Positions 50,135 to 60,484 are shown, numbered from the stretch's first letter. The stretch is DNA of 64,000 bases from an uncultured virus (IMG/VR IMGVR_UViG_3300036719_002413) (IMGVR_UViG_3300036719_002413); one strand, 5' to 3'. The notes: generated from the sequence alone by a model not told the origin. A program made the numbers and translations.

Positions 50135-50698
50135 TTAGAATGGTAAACCATCTGATTTCTCTTTAGCTGTACTACCTACTGTAGCACTAGTGTCAAGACG
50201 CTTATAGTCATGAGACTTGGTTTCATCCCATTTCAATGGGCATGTCTCTTTCTGTGAAGCAAATCGTGGTAAACCGATAGTTAATCTATCTCTTATTTTA
50301 CCTTCAGCATTAATATACTGTTCAGCGCAAAGCTTAAACCATTTAATAGTAGCTCCTTTCAAAGCTGCTGAAAGATGTGAGGCAAACTCTTCTAATGTCT
50401 TAGAGTTATTATTAATATTTCTAATATCTTCCTTACTAATCACTTCTTTAGCTAAGTGGATTAGCTTTTCAAGTGATTTACCCTGAGCTTTCTCAGACAT
50501 GTAGAATTTGAAGACTCTACTATCTGTTTCAGGGTTAGATTCTTTCTTAAATAAGGCTACAGAGATATAAGGAGCACCAGTCTCAGGAATTACACCTTCG
50601 ATTGCTCCAATCATAACATCAGAATTAATACCTTTAGAGAGATACAATGAATCTCCACTAGGGGAGCTGTCTAAAATTGATTCGTTAAATAAACTCAT
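50135..50698 (-). CDS. single-stranded DNA-binding protein (putative)
   Basis: C-terminal tail ...SDGLPF typical of SSBs; sits next to the AAA ATPase and primase. Confidence 0.6.
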   Translation of the reverse strand: MSLFNESILDSSPSGDSLYLSKGINSDVMIGAIEGVIPETGAPYISVALFKKESNPETDSRVFKFYMSEKAQGKSLEKLIHLAKEVISKEDIRNINNNSKTLEEFASHLSAALKGATIKWFKLCAEQYINAEGKIRDRLTIGLPRFASQKETCPLKWDETKSHDYKRLDTSATVGSTAKEKSDGLPF

Positions 50699-50739
50699 GT
50701 TTAAAAATGTTTTTGTTAAAGTTATTTTTGTTGATTTAC

Positions 50740-51042
50740 TTAGGATACTTTTTTACGGGTAGGCAGTATCGTACCTTTAGTAGTACGTGGGCGCATAGAC
50801 ATTCGTACCTGTCTAGAAATCTCAATTACTGATCGGAAGCTAGGATAGCTCTTGTAGTCAGAGAAGAACTTACTGATAGTAGTCTTAGTTACAGGAATTT
50901 TGTTTTGCTTTAATATATGCATGTAAACTTCAGAATCTGAAGCATTACGATTAGTACGTAGGTAATCCGAAACCATTGAAGTTGTTGTGGTCTTTGATGA
51001 AGTTGAGGTAGTTTTTCTAGGTGTGTTGTTTGTTTTTCGCAT
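50740..51042 (-). CDS. small basic hypothetical protein
   Basis: 100-aa K/R/T/S-rich ORF filling the gap between neighbours. Confidence 0.6.
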   Translation of the reverse strand: MRKTNNTPRKTTSTSSKTTTTSMVSDYLRTNRNASDSEVYMHILKQNKIPVTKTTISKFFSDYKSYPSFRSVIEISRQVRMSMRPRTTKGTILPTRKKVS

Positions 51043-51046
51043 TTCT

Positions 51047-51784
51047 TTAGTTTATAAATATTTTATTCCAATGGGTTGAAATTAAGTTACCTTGAGCATC
51101 ACCTTCACCTAAAAGGATGTTTTGTCCTTTTAAATGGTCTGGTCTTGCTCCACAAGTAACAGTATCTGATGAGTTGAAGTTAAGGTAGGTATTATTACCA
51201 TCCCTGTACAAAAAGCCTATAGCATCAGCATCCTGACAGGCAATTCGTTTTAATTTACCAGTTAAATCTATATCAGAAGCATTTACTTCTTTACCTTTAA
51301 CTTCTACAACTTTATCAAGTACGTGACCTAACATAATAATTGTAGGAGCTAAAGTTTCCAAGTAATTTAGTACTTTACTAAAAGCTTCTCTTAACCAATA
51401 ATAACCAGCCCCATTTGGTAAGGACAGAACATTATCCCCCGAAAATGCTCTACCCATAGGGGTTTGTTTATAAAGGTCAAGTGCTAGTGGTAAGCACAGT
51501 TCTTCTAATTTAGTAACGGTATCTATTACAAAGTAACTATAAGGGTAATCAGCTTCTTTTATAGCCTTCCCTATAGTCTTAATATCTTCAATATTATCTG
51601 CTGGTAGAGAGATACATTCTAAGAATTCAGAACCTCTCTCTAAGTCTAATATAAAACAGTTTTCTAGTTTAGAAACTAATGTGGTTTTACCCGTTTTCGG
51701 TTTGCTGTAAATCAGCAACCTCTTGGGGTTCTGCCTCAATGGTTTCCTCGGTTTCAGTGGCAGCTGTAATTTGTCTAGGCTCAA
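51047..51784 (-). CDS. AAA_24/Sak4-like ATPase (recombination or ssDNA annealing)
   Basis: Walker A YSKPKTGKTT, LDLERG, Walker B FVIDT and LGH. Confidence 0.8.
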   Translation of the reverse strand: MSLDKLQLPLKPRKPLRQNPKRLLIYSKPKTGKTTLVSKLENCFILDLERGSEFLECISLPADNIEDIKTIGKAIKEADYPYSYFVIDTVTKLEELCLPLALDLYKQTPMGRAFSGDNVLSLPNGAGYYWLREAFSKVLNYLETLAPTIIMLGHVLDKVVEVKGKEVNASDIDLTGKLKRIACQDADAIGFLYRDGNNTYLNFNSSDTVTCGARPDHLKGQNILLGEGDAQGNLISTHWNKIFIN

Positions 51785-52043
51785 AAGCTGAAATTAAAGA
51801 GTTAAATTGATTTTGTTTACCTTCCACAAACTCTTTAATACCCATTTCCTGACCCATATTCTCCCTGAAGAATATCTGATCTGAAATAAAGCCAAGAGCA
51901 TGTGAAATTTCATGTACACGAACATGATTAATTACTTTAGTAAGTTTACCATGTTTGTCTTCTACATTCTCCTTAATCATTATACCTGATTTGTCTACTT
52001 CTAAGAAGAATGGTTCTAGTGCTGGATCTATAATTTTTATCAT
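51687..52043 (-). CDS. hypothetical protein
   Basis: 118-aa ORF overlapping the stop of the upstream gene; acidic tail overlaps the AAA ATPase start. Confidence 0.55.
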   Translation of the reverse strand: MIKIIDPALEPFFLEVDKSGIMIKENVEDKHGKLTKVINHVRVHEISHALGFISDQIFFRENMGQEMGIKEFVEGKQNQFNSLISAFEPRQITAATETEETIEAEPQEVADLQQTENG

Positions 52044-52333
52044 AATGCTATTTTTAGTCTTATGAGATATCCTATAATATCATCTATGGTATCCATAGTG
52101 TCTTTAGTAATACCTCCGTTTTTTAACCTAGCTAACTTATCATCTAATCTACAACAAATAGCGAATTGTTGTACATTTAAGTTATCTTTGTTTTGTTGGA
52201 TACCAAATACAAGTATAGGGTTATTAATAGAATCTCCATACGAACGGTTTTTTCTAATTAATAACTTCTCTATCTGTTTTAGTTCTTGTTTAATTTGTTT
52301 TTCAATCTTTGGTTCTTTTCCTAAGTTCTTCAT
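52040..52333 (-). CDS. DUF1599 / nucleotide-modification-associated domain 1 protein
   Basis: Motifs KNRSYGDS, RLDDKLARL and DT..DIIGYL. Confidence 0.75.
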   Translation of the reverse strand: MKNLGKEPKIEKQIKQELKQIEKLLIRKNRSYGDSINNPILVFGIQQNKDNLNVQQFAICCRLDDKLARLKNGGITKDTMDTIDDIIGYLIRLKIAL

Positions 52334-53363
52334 AAAAAGCTGTTGTCATTTCTGTACCTCGTGGTAATTCTTCAAAGTAATTTGTAGCACCATCGAAGTA
52401 AAGTCCAGTGTGAACATTTGAGACACCATTCCTATTCTTTAATATAGATAAAGATCTGAAGTTATCTTGTAAAGCTTTAATATTATATCCCCTATATTCT
52501 GGGATTTCAAACCTATTAGGCGCAAATAGTCCTAATACTATGTTTGCTTTCCGTTGAGTTAATTTACTCTCTCCCAGACCATGTAAACTTGGTTCCAGTT
52601 TGGTTATTATACTAAGCCCTTGGTAAAACTCTTGATCTTCTTTAGCAGCCATTTGCTGCTGTACATCTATGAAAGTAAATCCATATTTATTTCTGTTCTT
52701 TCTATTATTGTCACTGTGACGTTCAATTGTTCCTTTTAGATCTAAACCTCTTTCAAGGTCTAATTCAGCAAGGTGGTCAGTAATAAAAATAACAAATTTA
52801 TTAGGATTATTAGGAATGTATTTATCAAAGTAGACATGCCCATCTACCGTTCTAGTTACCTCTTTACCATTTTCTTTGGCGTATTTTTGTACGATGTCAT
52901 TTATATGAGTTGGAGTCATTTGATCGTCATAAAATTTTACTTTCGATGACAGTAATTCAAAATATTCTCTAGTTTTATATACGGCATCAAAGATATGAGC
53001 TGGTAATTTGTTACGGTTAAAAGATAATAATTGTGTAGGTGATACTCTTAATCTATGTTCTTCGTATAGGCGTTTAGCCATACCAGCAATAATCTTGCTT
53101 TCACGATCCATTTCTAAGGAGAAATAGTGTATCTCTATATCAAATTTATCTTTATGTTGTAACCAGTAATTGAATGGTTGATATAAGAACATAAAGTCAG
53201 TTATCTGACTCTTACCTACTCCAGCGTTAGCTGTTAAGATATAATAATGCTTTTTTAGAATTCCAGGTAAGTACTGTTCAAATTTTTTAAAACCGAATGG
53301 TATGGCATTAATTTCATTGTTTCTATTACTTTGAAGTTTATGCCACGCGTCATCAAAAAGCAT
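52302..53363 (-). CDS. DnaB-like replicative helicase
   Basis: Motifs LTANAGVGKS, FSLEM, ITDHL, QQ and ILKNRNG. Confidence 0.85.
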   Translation of the reverse strand: MLFDDAWHKLQSNRNNEINAIPFGFKKFEQYLPGILKKHYYILTANAGVGKSQITDFMFLYQPFNYWLQHKDKFDIEIHYFSLEMDRESKIIAGMAKRLYEEHRLRVSPTQLLSFNRNKLPAHIFDAVYKTREYFELLSSKVKFYDDQMTPTHINDIVQKYAKENGKEVTRTVDGHVYFDKYIPNNPNKFVIFITDHLAELDLERGLDLKGTIERHSDNNRKNRNKYGFTFIDVQQQMAAKEDQEFYQGLSIITKLEPSLHGLGESKLTQRKANIVLGLFAPNRFEIPEYRGYNIKALQDNFRSLSILKNRNGVSNVHTGLYFDGATNYFEELPRGTEMTTAFYEELRKRTKD

Positions 53364-53384
53364 TCGTTTTGGTTATTAAGTTAA

Positions 53385-53954
53385 TTAAGCAGATATCCCA
53401 TTGAAGTCATCTATAATTCTAGACTCGTGATCTTCAACACGAGTAACTTCTCTACAATAAGTTTCAAGGGTACTACTTTTATTTTTTTCGATAAAGTACT
53501 GTGCTAGCTGCATACCTTTCCACCCCTTATGTCTCATCTCTTCGATGTACTTACTGGTGGCAGTCATAATTACATTTTTGTTATAATCATGCTTATGGAT
53601 GAAAGCCTCCATTTTGGTTTCAACACTTTCCACATTACTTTTAACATAATATCCCATAGATTTAACACCCTCAGGCCATAAGTCTAACCACTCACGAACC
53701 CAAACTATGTTATCTATAGATAGTAATTTCTTAGCTTCCGCTATATTTTCAGGTCTAATAGAAAACGTTAATTTTGTAATATCCTTTATCTCTAATACTT
53801 TTAGAGATTGTAATGTATATAGATCCAGATCATTAAATAGAACATATTTTAACATATTATCTAATTTATCATGCGTAATAGCTAATAGTAAAAGGTATTG
53901 AGTGGCATTAATTTTCAGCTCAATCAATTTTTTCAAGTTCAATGTTACCTTCAT
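53385..53954 (-). CDS. hypothetical replication-associated protein
   Basis: 189-aa ORF directly upstream of the helicase; function inferred only from position. Confidence 0.5.
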   Translation of the reverse strand: MKVTLNLKKLIELKINATQYLLLLAITHDKLDNMLKYVLFNDLDLYTLQSLKVLEIKDITKLTFSIRPENIAEAKKLLSIDNIVWVREWLDLWPEGVKSMGYYVKSNVESVETKMEAFIHKHDYNKNVIMTATSKYIEEMRHKGWKGMQLAQYFIEKNKSSTLETYCREVTRVEDHESRIIDDFNGISA

Positions 53955-54120
53955 CTTTTAAGTTTTCATCTAATATTTTCTTTTTTATAGTTTGATAATC
54001 TTGACTCTTAAAAGAAGAGTCAGTACAATCTGGGCATGGTATCATTTCTTTCCCATTCCAAATTTCTCTAGTATTAAAGCAATTAGTACATTCTTTTACT
54101 AGTTTTGGTTCTCCGCTCAT
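53920..54120 (-). CDS. small zinc-finger protein
   Basis: Two CxxC pairs, CTNC and CPDC. Confidence 0.55.
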   Translation of the reverse strand: MSGEPKLVKECTNCFNTREIWNGKEMIPCPDCTDSSFKSQDYQTIKKKILDENLKDEGNIELEKID

Positions 54121-54122
54121 AG

Positions 54123-54317
54123 TTAAATGAATATGTTTTTGTATAAGAAATAAGCATCTAATTCTTCAATTCTAGCCTTAGACCTTAATTTATTTTTAAA
54201 TTTTAGTCTTCCAGATTGATGCCCAAGCTGGGGTTGGTGTAAATTGCGTTCCATCGTATCTGGACACAGGTGGCGAGATAATTTGCTTACTAGTTTTGGA
54301 TTTTGTATTTTTCTCAT
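54123..54317 (-). CDS. small basic hypothetical protein
   Basis: 64-aa ORF bridging 54123-54195; overlaps the tail of the upstream ORF. Confidence 0.4.
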   Translation of the reverse strand: MRKIQNPKLVSKLSRHLCPDTMERNLHQPQLGHQSGRLKFKNKLRSKARIEELDAYFLYKNIFI

Positions 54318-55161
54318 TATTAGCGCTTAATAATTTTTGTTCTTCTAATATAACCCTTTTTAAGGTATCTAAAATTGTACTTTCTAAAGGACAAGCATCG
54401 AAGTTTCTATAAGCAATATTTCTTAAACTATCTATCATAGTATTATGTGTAGTAAATACTTCTCTTAAAGTATTTGTAGGTGATATTCTATCAAGAAATT
54501 GTCTTTTTATATAATAAATAGTACCAAACATATTCTTTATCTTCTCCTCTAAATCATCTAACCCAATATAGAAATTTGTAGTAAGGTTATCTATATAGTT
54601 TCCCTTCAAACAATATTCATGGTATCCAGATGATAGAATCTCTTTACTATTAGATATATTTTTAATATAATCTAGCAACACATTTAAATAACCTTTATCA
54701 CCTATCCTATGATAATGCATCCACTTATTAAAAAAGTCTCTATTATAAACTTCTGAATTTTCTATTGAAAATTTAACAGTTATTGGTTGAAACATACCAT
54801 ATATAATGTTTTTTATTTCTACCTCTCTAGGTATTAATTCTTTTATACGATTTAGTAAATGAAATTGACTCGTTATATATGGTGATTCTTTATCTGATAT
54901 TGAGAATAAAGCATCATCACGTAATAGTATAGGGAGTTTAGCTGCTGTAGCGTCTTCTAATACAGAATTAGATTCTATTAAAAGATTTATATCTCCCGCC
55001 ATAGAGTGTACAAATCCTGTACATTCTATATAATAAGCTTCTCCAAATTTATATACCTTAATATATTTAATAGGTATATTAGGATATTTTTTCTCTAAAG
55101 CTTTTAATTCTTCTTGAGTTGGTTCTATTCTATTTATGTATGAATCTAATTCTATACTCAT
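54196..55161 (-). CDS. hypothetical protein
   Basis: 321-aa ORF downstream of polA. Confidence 0.65.
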   Translation of the reverse strand: MSIELDSYINRIEPTQEELKALEKKYPNIPIKYIKVYKFGEAYYIECTGFVHSMAGDINLLIESNSVLEDATAAKLPILLRDDALFSISDKESPYITSQFHLLNRIKELIPREVEIKNIIYGMFQPITVKFSIENSEVYNRDFFNKWMHYHRIGDKGYLNVLLDYIKNISNSKEILSSGYHEYCLKGNYIDNLTTNFYIGLDDLEEKIKNMFGTIYYIKRQFLDRISPTNTLREVFTTHNTMIDSLRNIAYRNFDACPLESTILDTLKRVILEEQKLLSANNEKNTKSKTSKQIISPPVSRYDGTQFTPTPAWASIWKTKI

Positions 55162-55172
55162 AAGTGTTTAAG

Positions 55173-57077
55173 TTATTTGGTCCAATTTCTGGTGATCGTA
55201 GGATCTACATCCATTTTTACGTTTTTAACATATTTATTTCCTACCTCAATCATTAAAGTAGACATTTCTTTACAGAATATTTCAGCTAGATCTTCTCTAA
55301 CTTCAACATCAACCGCATCATGAACAGTACATATTAAATATGCTACCTCTTCATTATACTTGTTATTATATTCCTTTACTAAGTTTCTAACTTCTACTAA
55401 AGCTTCTTTACATATATCTGCGCCACTACCCTGAATTGGCATGTTCATACCATTACGTAGTATCTGACCTTTAATCTTACCCATCTCTTTCCACTCTTCT
55501 TTATCAAGAGTTTGTTTAGACTTTAATTCTAGATAAGTTTTAATCTCAGGGTACCATCTCCTACGCAATGCTGGGGCAAATGTTAGTGAATAACCATTAG
55601 TTAAAGCAAAATTAGCTTGTGAATCAAGCCATTTATTAAGTTTAGGGAATGATTCAGCATATACTCTAAATAGATCCTCAGCTTCCTGAATTGATATACT
55701 TAATGTATCTGCTAGTTTAAATGGTCCCATACCATACGGTTTACCAAAGTTAATAGTCTTAGCTTTATTTCTAAGATCTTTATCAGCCTTGGTTATGGGC
55801 CTTTTAAACATTATTGATCCAGCATAACAGTGTAAATCCTCACCCCTATTGATACAATCAATAAAAGCATCTTCATTACTACCATCAGCCATTAATCTTA
55901 ATTCTTGAGAAGAATAATCTACTGATACCCACATAAATCCAGGTCTAGCTTTAAAGCAATTCCTATATCTATTAGATGCTGGTATATTCTGTAGATTAGG
56001 AGCATTCATCTCATCATTCCCAGATGAAATACGTCCTGTATTAAGTACCTGCCAAAAATCTGTATGTACACGATTAGTATACTTATTAATATTATTAAGA
56101 AAGAGCCTACCATATCTCTCCACAGCAGTCTTAACCTCACGGTATTCTTGTAGCTTAGGGATAAATAAGTGACTCTTTTGAAGCTTCGATAAGCTCCTAT
56201 CACTAGTATCTTCAAAGGTTAAGTTTAATAGGTTAAGTACTTTAGTTATTTGAAGTGGAGAGCCATAATTTATTTTAGTCTTTCTAAGATTAGTCTCAAA
56301 TAAATCAAGCTGTTCATTACGAACTATTTTGTTCTTAAGATTAGGATCATTAAGTAGTATATCATCTAGCTCTATTTCGATATGTATAAGTTTACCCTCA
56401 TTTTCTTCAGCTATTTCTAACCAATCTTTACTATCTAAGTACATACCATTGTACTCTATATCAGCTAGAGCTTTAACTACACTATTCTCTAAAGCTACTA
56501 CATAGTTTAAAGAATACTTATTAATGAAATCCTCTTGTTTTGCTTTTATCTCGTGGAGATATGTTACATCTCGTGCGGCATATAATATTTGATTTAACGT
56601 AAAAGGATTACTCTTAGTAAGAAAGAATTCTCCTCTTATCGTCTTATCTAATGTTACATTACAGTAACGAGTAGTTAATGCACTAAGACCATATCCCCAC
56701 TTAGGATAACCACAATATATTACACATTCAGCTAGCATAGTATCGTATATATTTTCTATATTGATACCAGCAGCTTTAAAGAATTTATAATCAAATTTAC
56801 TATTATGTAAGATAAGCTTATTTTTCTCAAGTATATCTTTAAATAATAGGATATTATAATGCCTACAATCAATTACAAATTGATTTTCAGCATCTCCTAA
56901 TTGTAAGGTTAGTATCTTTTTATAATGATAATCCTTACCTTCAGTTTCAGTATCTACACCAATATAATCTTTATAATCTTTAAAATATTCAAGAATATCT
57001 TCTAGAGTACATTCTTCTATTAATGGTGTAGTATTAGAATCTGGAATTTTAGTTTGTTTTGATAAAAAGTAGATCAT
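55173..57077 (-). CDS. polA: DNA polymerase family A with 3'-5' exonuclease
   Basis: Exonuclease motifs GVDTETEG, HNSKFD and YAARDV; polymerase motifs PNLQNIP, DYSSQELR, R.KAKTINFG..YG and TVHD. Confidence 0.93.
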   Translation of the reverse strand: MIYFLSKQTKIPDSNTTPLIEECTLEDILEYFKDYKDYIGVDTETEGKDYHYKKILTLQLGDAENQFVIDCRHYNILLFKDILEKNKLILHNSKFDYKFFKAAGINIENIYDTMLAECVIYCGYPKWGYGLSALTTRYCNVTLDKTIRGEFFLTKSNPFTLNQILYAARDVTYLHEIKAKQEDFINKYSLNYVVALENSVVKALADIEYNGMYLDSKDWLEIAEENEGKLIHIEIELDDILLNDPNLKNKIVRNEQLDLFETNLRKTKINYGSPLQITKVLNLLNLTFEDTSDRSLSKLQKSHLFIPKLQEYREVKTAVERYGRLFLNNINKYTNRVHTDFWQVLNTGRISSGNDEMNAPNLQNIPASNRYRNCFKARPGFMWVSVDYSSQELRLMADGSNEDAFIDCINRGEDLHCYAGSIMFKRPITKADKDLRNKAKTINFGKPYGMGPFKLADTLSISIQEAEDLFRVYAESFPKLNKWLDSQANFALTNGYSLTFAPALRRRWYPEIKTYLELKSKQTLDKEEWKEMGKIKGQILRNGMNMPIQGSGADICKEALVEVRNLVKEYNNKYNEEVAYLICTVHDAVDVEVREDLAEIFCKEMSTLMIEVGNKYVKNVKMDVDPTITRNWTK

Positions 57078-57113
57078 TGAAAAGGGTTTTTATAAAAAAT
57101 ACTGTAAATATTA

Positions 57114-57512
57114 TTACAGCGCTATTACCATTTTAGGAGTATTACTATGGTTAGTAGCTCCTATTTTATTAAAGATATTTTCCCAGCTTGGGGACGTAGC
57201 AAAGAATTGTTTCCATAAGAATCTACGTTCTTCTTTAGTGAATACCTTCTTCACATTTAAGTCAAACATAAGCTTTTTGAAAGCCCTATATCTTCCTAAC
57301 CTCTTATTGAAAGTATCTTTATGAAATAGTCTACCTGATGTAGCACTATAATGAGTTTCCTTACCAGTAATTTTATCTACGACATGAGTTGTAACAACTG
57401 TAGTACGAATTTTAAAAGGTTCGAATTGGTTAGTTTTCTTATTAAATTCACCGTTTAGGTGTTTAAAGTTAATTCTTACAGATGTATTTCCGTTATTGAG
57501 CAAGATATTCAT
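57114..57512 (-). CDS. hypothetical protein
   Basis: 132-aa ORF with a D.FNK.LGR..A motif typical of small phage proteins. Confidence 0.65.
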   Translation of the reverse strand: MNILLNNGNTSVRINFKHLNGEFNKKTNQFEPFKIRTTVVTTHVVDKITGKETHYSATSGRLFHKDTFNKRLGRYRAFKKLMFDLNVKKVFTKEERRFLWKQFFATSPSWENIFNKIGATNHSNTPKMVIAL

Positions 57513-58533
57513 TAGCTTTTGATTTAATTTTGTTAAATAATGCTTGGGTAGGTTTTGATTCAGGTAATTTACTTATATTCTGTTTTGCTACTTGAAGATC
57601 ACTAATAGTATTTTCAATTTGGCTATAAGGATATTGTTCTTTTAAAGCAACCCCATCGATTACAATGTTATTAACTTTTTCAATAATAATATCTTCTATT
57701 TTTGGTTTTTTATACTGACTTGTAGAAAATTTATTAAAACTATTTAATATCGTATCTAAGAAGTCTTTATTTTCACTTTGTTGTAGCTTATTTATAATAT
57801 CGTGAGTATTAAAGAAATACTTACGCAAATTATTACCAGTATTAGAATTAGTATAATCAACAGTTAGGAAAGTTAACTTGTTTAATATGTAAGAATCTTT
57901 GATAAAATTATAGCCATCATTATTAAGAACTATAGTTAAATCAATAATATTAGCAGCACTCCCCATTTTATTTACTATACCTCTAGATAATAGGAAAGAA
58001 ATTACTGTAAGTTCTTTAAATAAAGGACCATTATTAATTTCACTTCCTCTAGTATTCAATCTCATCTTATTAAATTTTGGATTTAAATCAAATAACATTG
58101 AAGTTAAAATATCATTAGACATAACGTCAAGACTTATATACTCAAATGTACCAAGACTATTCTCACCACAAGATATTGGAGAGTAGTTAAATTTAGTAAA
58201 AGTCTCTAAATTACTTAATAATGAAGTTGTTAAATCTCTATAAGCTTTATGATAATTAGAGGCAGCCCTATCACTATCTACAAAATATAAATTGTATAAG
58301 TGGTTTAATAAAGTTATTCCTGTTAGAGTAGCCTTTTTATCTACTGCTAAATAATTTATATCGTAAAGATTATTTTTATCGATTAAATTGTATTTTACGA
58401 CATAATGAAAGTTTAACATCACTTTAGTTAGATTTATAGCTAACTTATAAAACTGACTATTTAAAGTACCCCTCTCACTATCCTTATTATAAATAAATTC
58501 AGCTTTTAATACTTTATCATACATAACTTTCAA
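57493..58533 (-). CDS. hypothetical protein
   Basis: 346-aa ORF within the operon. Confidence 0.6.
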   Translation of the reverse strand: MKVMYDKVLKAEFIYNKDSERGTLNSQFYKLAINLTKVMLNFHYVVKYNLIDKNNLYDINYLAVDKKATLTGITLLNHLYNLYFVDSDRAASNYHKAYRDLTTSLLSNLETFTKFNYSPISCGENSLGTFEYISLDVMSNDILTSMLFDLNPKFNKMRLNTRGSEINNGPLFKELTVISFLLSRGIVNKMGSAANIIDLTIVLNNDGYNFIKDSYILNKLTFLTVDYTNSNTGNNLRKYFFNTHDIINKLQQSENKDFLDTILNSFNKFSTSQYKKPKIEDIIIEKVNNIVIDGVALKEQYPYSQIENTISDLQVAKQNISKLPESKPTQALFNKIKSKANEYLAQ

Positions 58534-58717
58534 CTTTAATTAATTTACCTTTAGGTATTTTGTTTTTATTTTCAAAATACTTTACATAGTAGTCTCTATG
58601 TATAGCATACATTTGATCTTCATACTCATTAAAATGAAATACATACTCGTATAAGTTATGTATTATTTTATTAGGTATGTTTATTTTTAGTTTAGTTTTT
58701 GGTTGTATCGTGCTCAT
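58517..58717 (-). CDS. small hypothetical protein
   Basis: ORF bridging its neighbours; the start is uncertain. Confidence 0.45.
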   Translation of the reverse strand: MSTIQPKTKLKINIPNKIIHNLYEYVFHFNEYEDQMYAIHRDYYVKYFENKNKIPKGKLIKVESYV

Positions 58718-59261
58718 CTAAATCTAATATAAATATTGTTTGGTTATAACCTTTACCATGTTGTTTATTATTATAAGTTTTTAGAGTTGGTGTTTTAAGA
58801 TATTCTTGAGCTATTTTTCTATAAATATCGTAAGTATCACCTAAAGTAAACATAAATGCAGAACATAACATACCCTTTAAACTTAAGTATTTAGATAGAT
58901 TATCTAAAAAGTCTTTTACTATAACTTTTCTACCATCCTCTGTACCACACTTATGTATTGCGTTAAGTAATGGTGTAATATTATACAACTGCATTAATCC
59001 ACAACCTGTAGCACATCCTACAATAGATACTTTAATATTATTAGATAGAGTTATAGTGTGATTACCATACCAATTTCTAGTAGTTTCAATTTCCTGTTCC
59101 TTAGTTAATTCTCTAAAATTATCTACTGGTAATTCTACCTTTTTTACTACAGGTTTAGGTGCAGGAGCAGGTGCAGGAGTTGGTAATTTAACTTGAGTGG
59201 TTTTAGTAGTTAATACTTTTTTAACACCACCTATTATTCCTTTTTTTCCGATTATAGCCAT
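58692..59261 (-). CDS. hypothetical protein with PAPAPAP linker
   Basis: 189-aa ORF with a low-complexity N-terminus and a C..GCG motif. Confidence 0.6.
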   Translation of the reverse strand: MAIIGKKGIIGGVKKVLTTKTTQVKLPTPAPAPAPKPVVKKVELPVDNFRELTKEQEIETTRNWYGNHTITLSNNIKVSIVGCATGCGLMQLYNITPLLNAIHKCGTEDGRKVIVKDFLDNLSKYLSLKGMLCSAFMFTLGDTYDIYRKIAQEYLKTPTLKTYNNKQHGKGYNQTIFILDLDEHDTTKN

Positions 59262-59264
59262 AAT

Positions 59265-60050
59265 TTAAAATACGCTTTGAAATCCTAATGAATGATATTG
59301 GGATGGATTACTTTTATATTGTTCGTAATCTTGATGTTCCATATAAATGAATGGTTGTACGGATACAATACTTAATTCTATAAATTTGATTAGTTTTAAT
59401 ATTTTTACCATCAAACCTATATCAGTATTATGATTTTTAGACTCTTCCATACAAAAATCTTTTATATTGGTATTATCATTGTACTGCATACCAAGTCTTA
59501 ATAACCCAGAAGCTAATGAAATTAATACACCACTTTTACCCCAATAACTAGATAGTTTAACTATGTAATATTCTGATTTATCATCAGAACATTTAGCTGA
59601 GTAAATTGTACTTAATTCTAAATCACCTAAACGTTCAATCTCATTTAAAGGTTTTATTACAGTTTGTAAGTTTTCTCTTAAAAACTTTAAGTCTTGAGTA
59701 CGATTACGTCTGAGTTTATTGTTGTAAATTAAGTTATATTCACTATAAGGACTATCCTTCGTATACAAGCAGGTTAATCCCATATAAATATAATCTTCCT
59801 CTAAGATACCAGTTTTAGGTAATGTTTTAAGACCACAGGCATTCATAGTTACACCTGTATTTTCAGTGTAAATAACATCATTTAGATAATCTTTACAGCA
59901 AGAAAATGGGCTAATAGTTTCAAACGTATTATCATCAATTTTCTTTAGTAGGGCATAAGCTAATCCTGTACTTCTACCCTCATGTAGAGGATTTCTACTA
60001 CAAGTTATATTAATCTTTGGTAAGTCTTTTGATAAGTCTTCTTTACTCAT
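59265..60050 (-). CDS. hypothetical protein
   Basis: 261-aa ORF with a CCKDYLND motif; ATGA-coupled. Confidence 0.65.
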   Translation of the reverse strand: MSKEDLSKDLPKINITCSRNPLHEGRSTGLAYALLKKIDDNTFETISPFSCCKDYLNDVIYTENTGVTMNACGLKTLPKTGILEEDYIYMGLTCLYTKDSPYSEYNLIYNNKLRRNRTQDLKFLRENLQTVIKPLNEIERLGDLELSTIYSAKCSDDKSEYYIVKLSSYWGKSGVLISLASGLLRLGMQYNDNTNIKDFCMEESKNHNTDIGLMVKILKLIKFIELSIVSVQPFIYMEHQDYEQYKSNPSQYHSLGFQSVF

Positions 60051-60349
60051 ATTTGTTCAAATCTTTTTGTTTTAGACCACTCTGCAAATTTAGATAACTT
60101 TTCATAAACCCTATGATTTATTAAAGTACTATCATACTTTTTACATAGTATATTTAATCTAATAATAGCATCACCAATCTCATCAATAATTTCTTGATCT
60201 TTGACCTTATTAGGCTTTAAGTGCTTCTGCATTAAAGCTAATGATAGTTCTTGAAACTCCTCAGCAGCTTTAAGGTTATTATACTCTGGCGACTGCCTTT
60301 TTAGTAAATCTTCTATTATTTCTTCTTGTTGTAAATCTATTTTTACCAT
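60047..60349 (-). CDS. MazG-like (all-alpha NTP pyrophosphatase) protein
   Basis: EExxEL...EIGD pattern (AAEEFQELS, IIDEIGDAII). Confidence 0.7.
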   Translation of the reverse strand: MVKIDLQQEEIIEDLLKRQSPEYNNLKAAEEFQELSLALMQKHLKPNKVKDQEIIDEIGDAIIRLNILCKKYDSTLINHRVYEKLSKFAEWSKTKRFEQI

Positions 60350-60365
60350 AGTTTTGTTTTAATTG

Positions 60366-60439
60366 TGGGCCTTCTTGGGATTGAACCAAGGACCTAATGA
60401 TTATGAGTCATTTGCTCTGACCAACTGAGCTAAAGGCCC
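60366..60439 (-). tRNA. tRNA with CAT anticodon, most likely tRNA-Ile2 (lysidine-modified)
   Basis: Reverse complement GGGCCTTTAGCTCAGTTGGTCAGAGCAAATGACTCATAATCATTAGGTCCTTGGTTCAATCCCAAGAAGGCCCA folds as a cloverleaf with anticodon loop CTCATAA. The body resembles ileX-type tRNAs. CCA is not encoded. Confidence 0.9.
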
Positions 60440-60443
60440 TTAA

Positions 60444-60461
60444 GGGGATATTTCTATCCCC
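60444..60461 (-). promoter_or_regulatory. GNRA hairpin just 5' of the tRNA
   Basis: The minus strand reads GGGGATA-GAAA-TATCCCC, ending 4 nt before the tRNA 5' end. Confidence 0.55.
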
Positions 60462-60484
60462 CTAGAACTTGATTCCTTTTACTA

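Noticed and set aside
36853..57077. Introns or inteins in nrdJ, polA or the helicase
   Set aside because: All three are continuous ORFs of ordinary length with motifs in the expected order.
59157..59178. gcaggagcaggtgcagg short repeat
   Set aside because: It is explained by the coding Pro-Ala linker (PAPAPAP).
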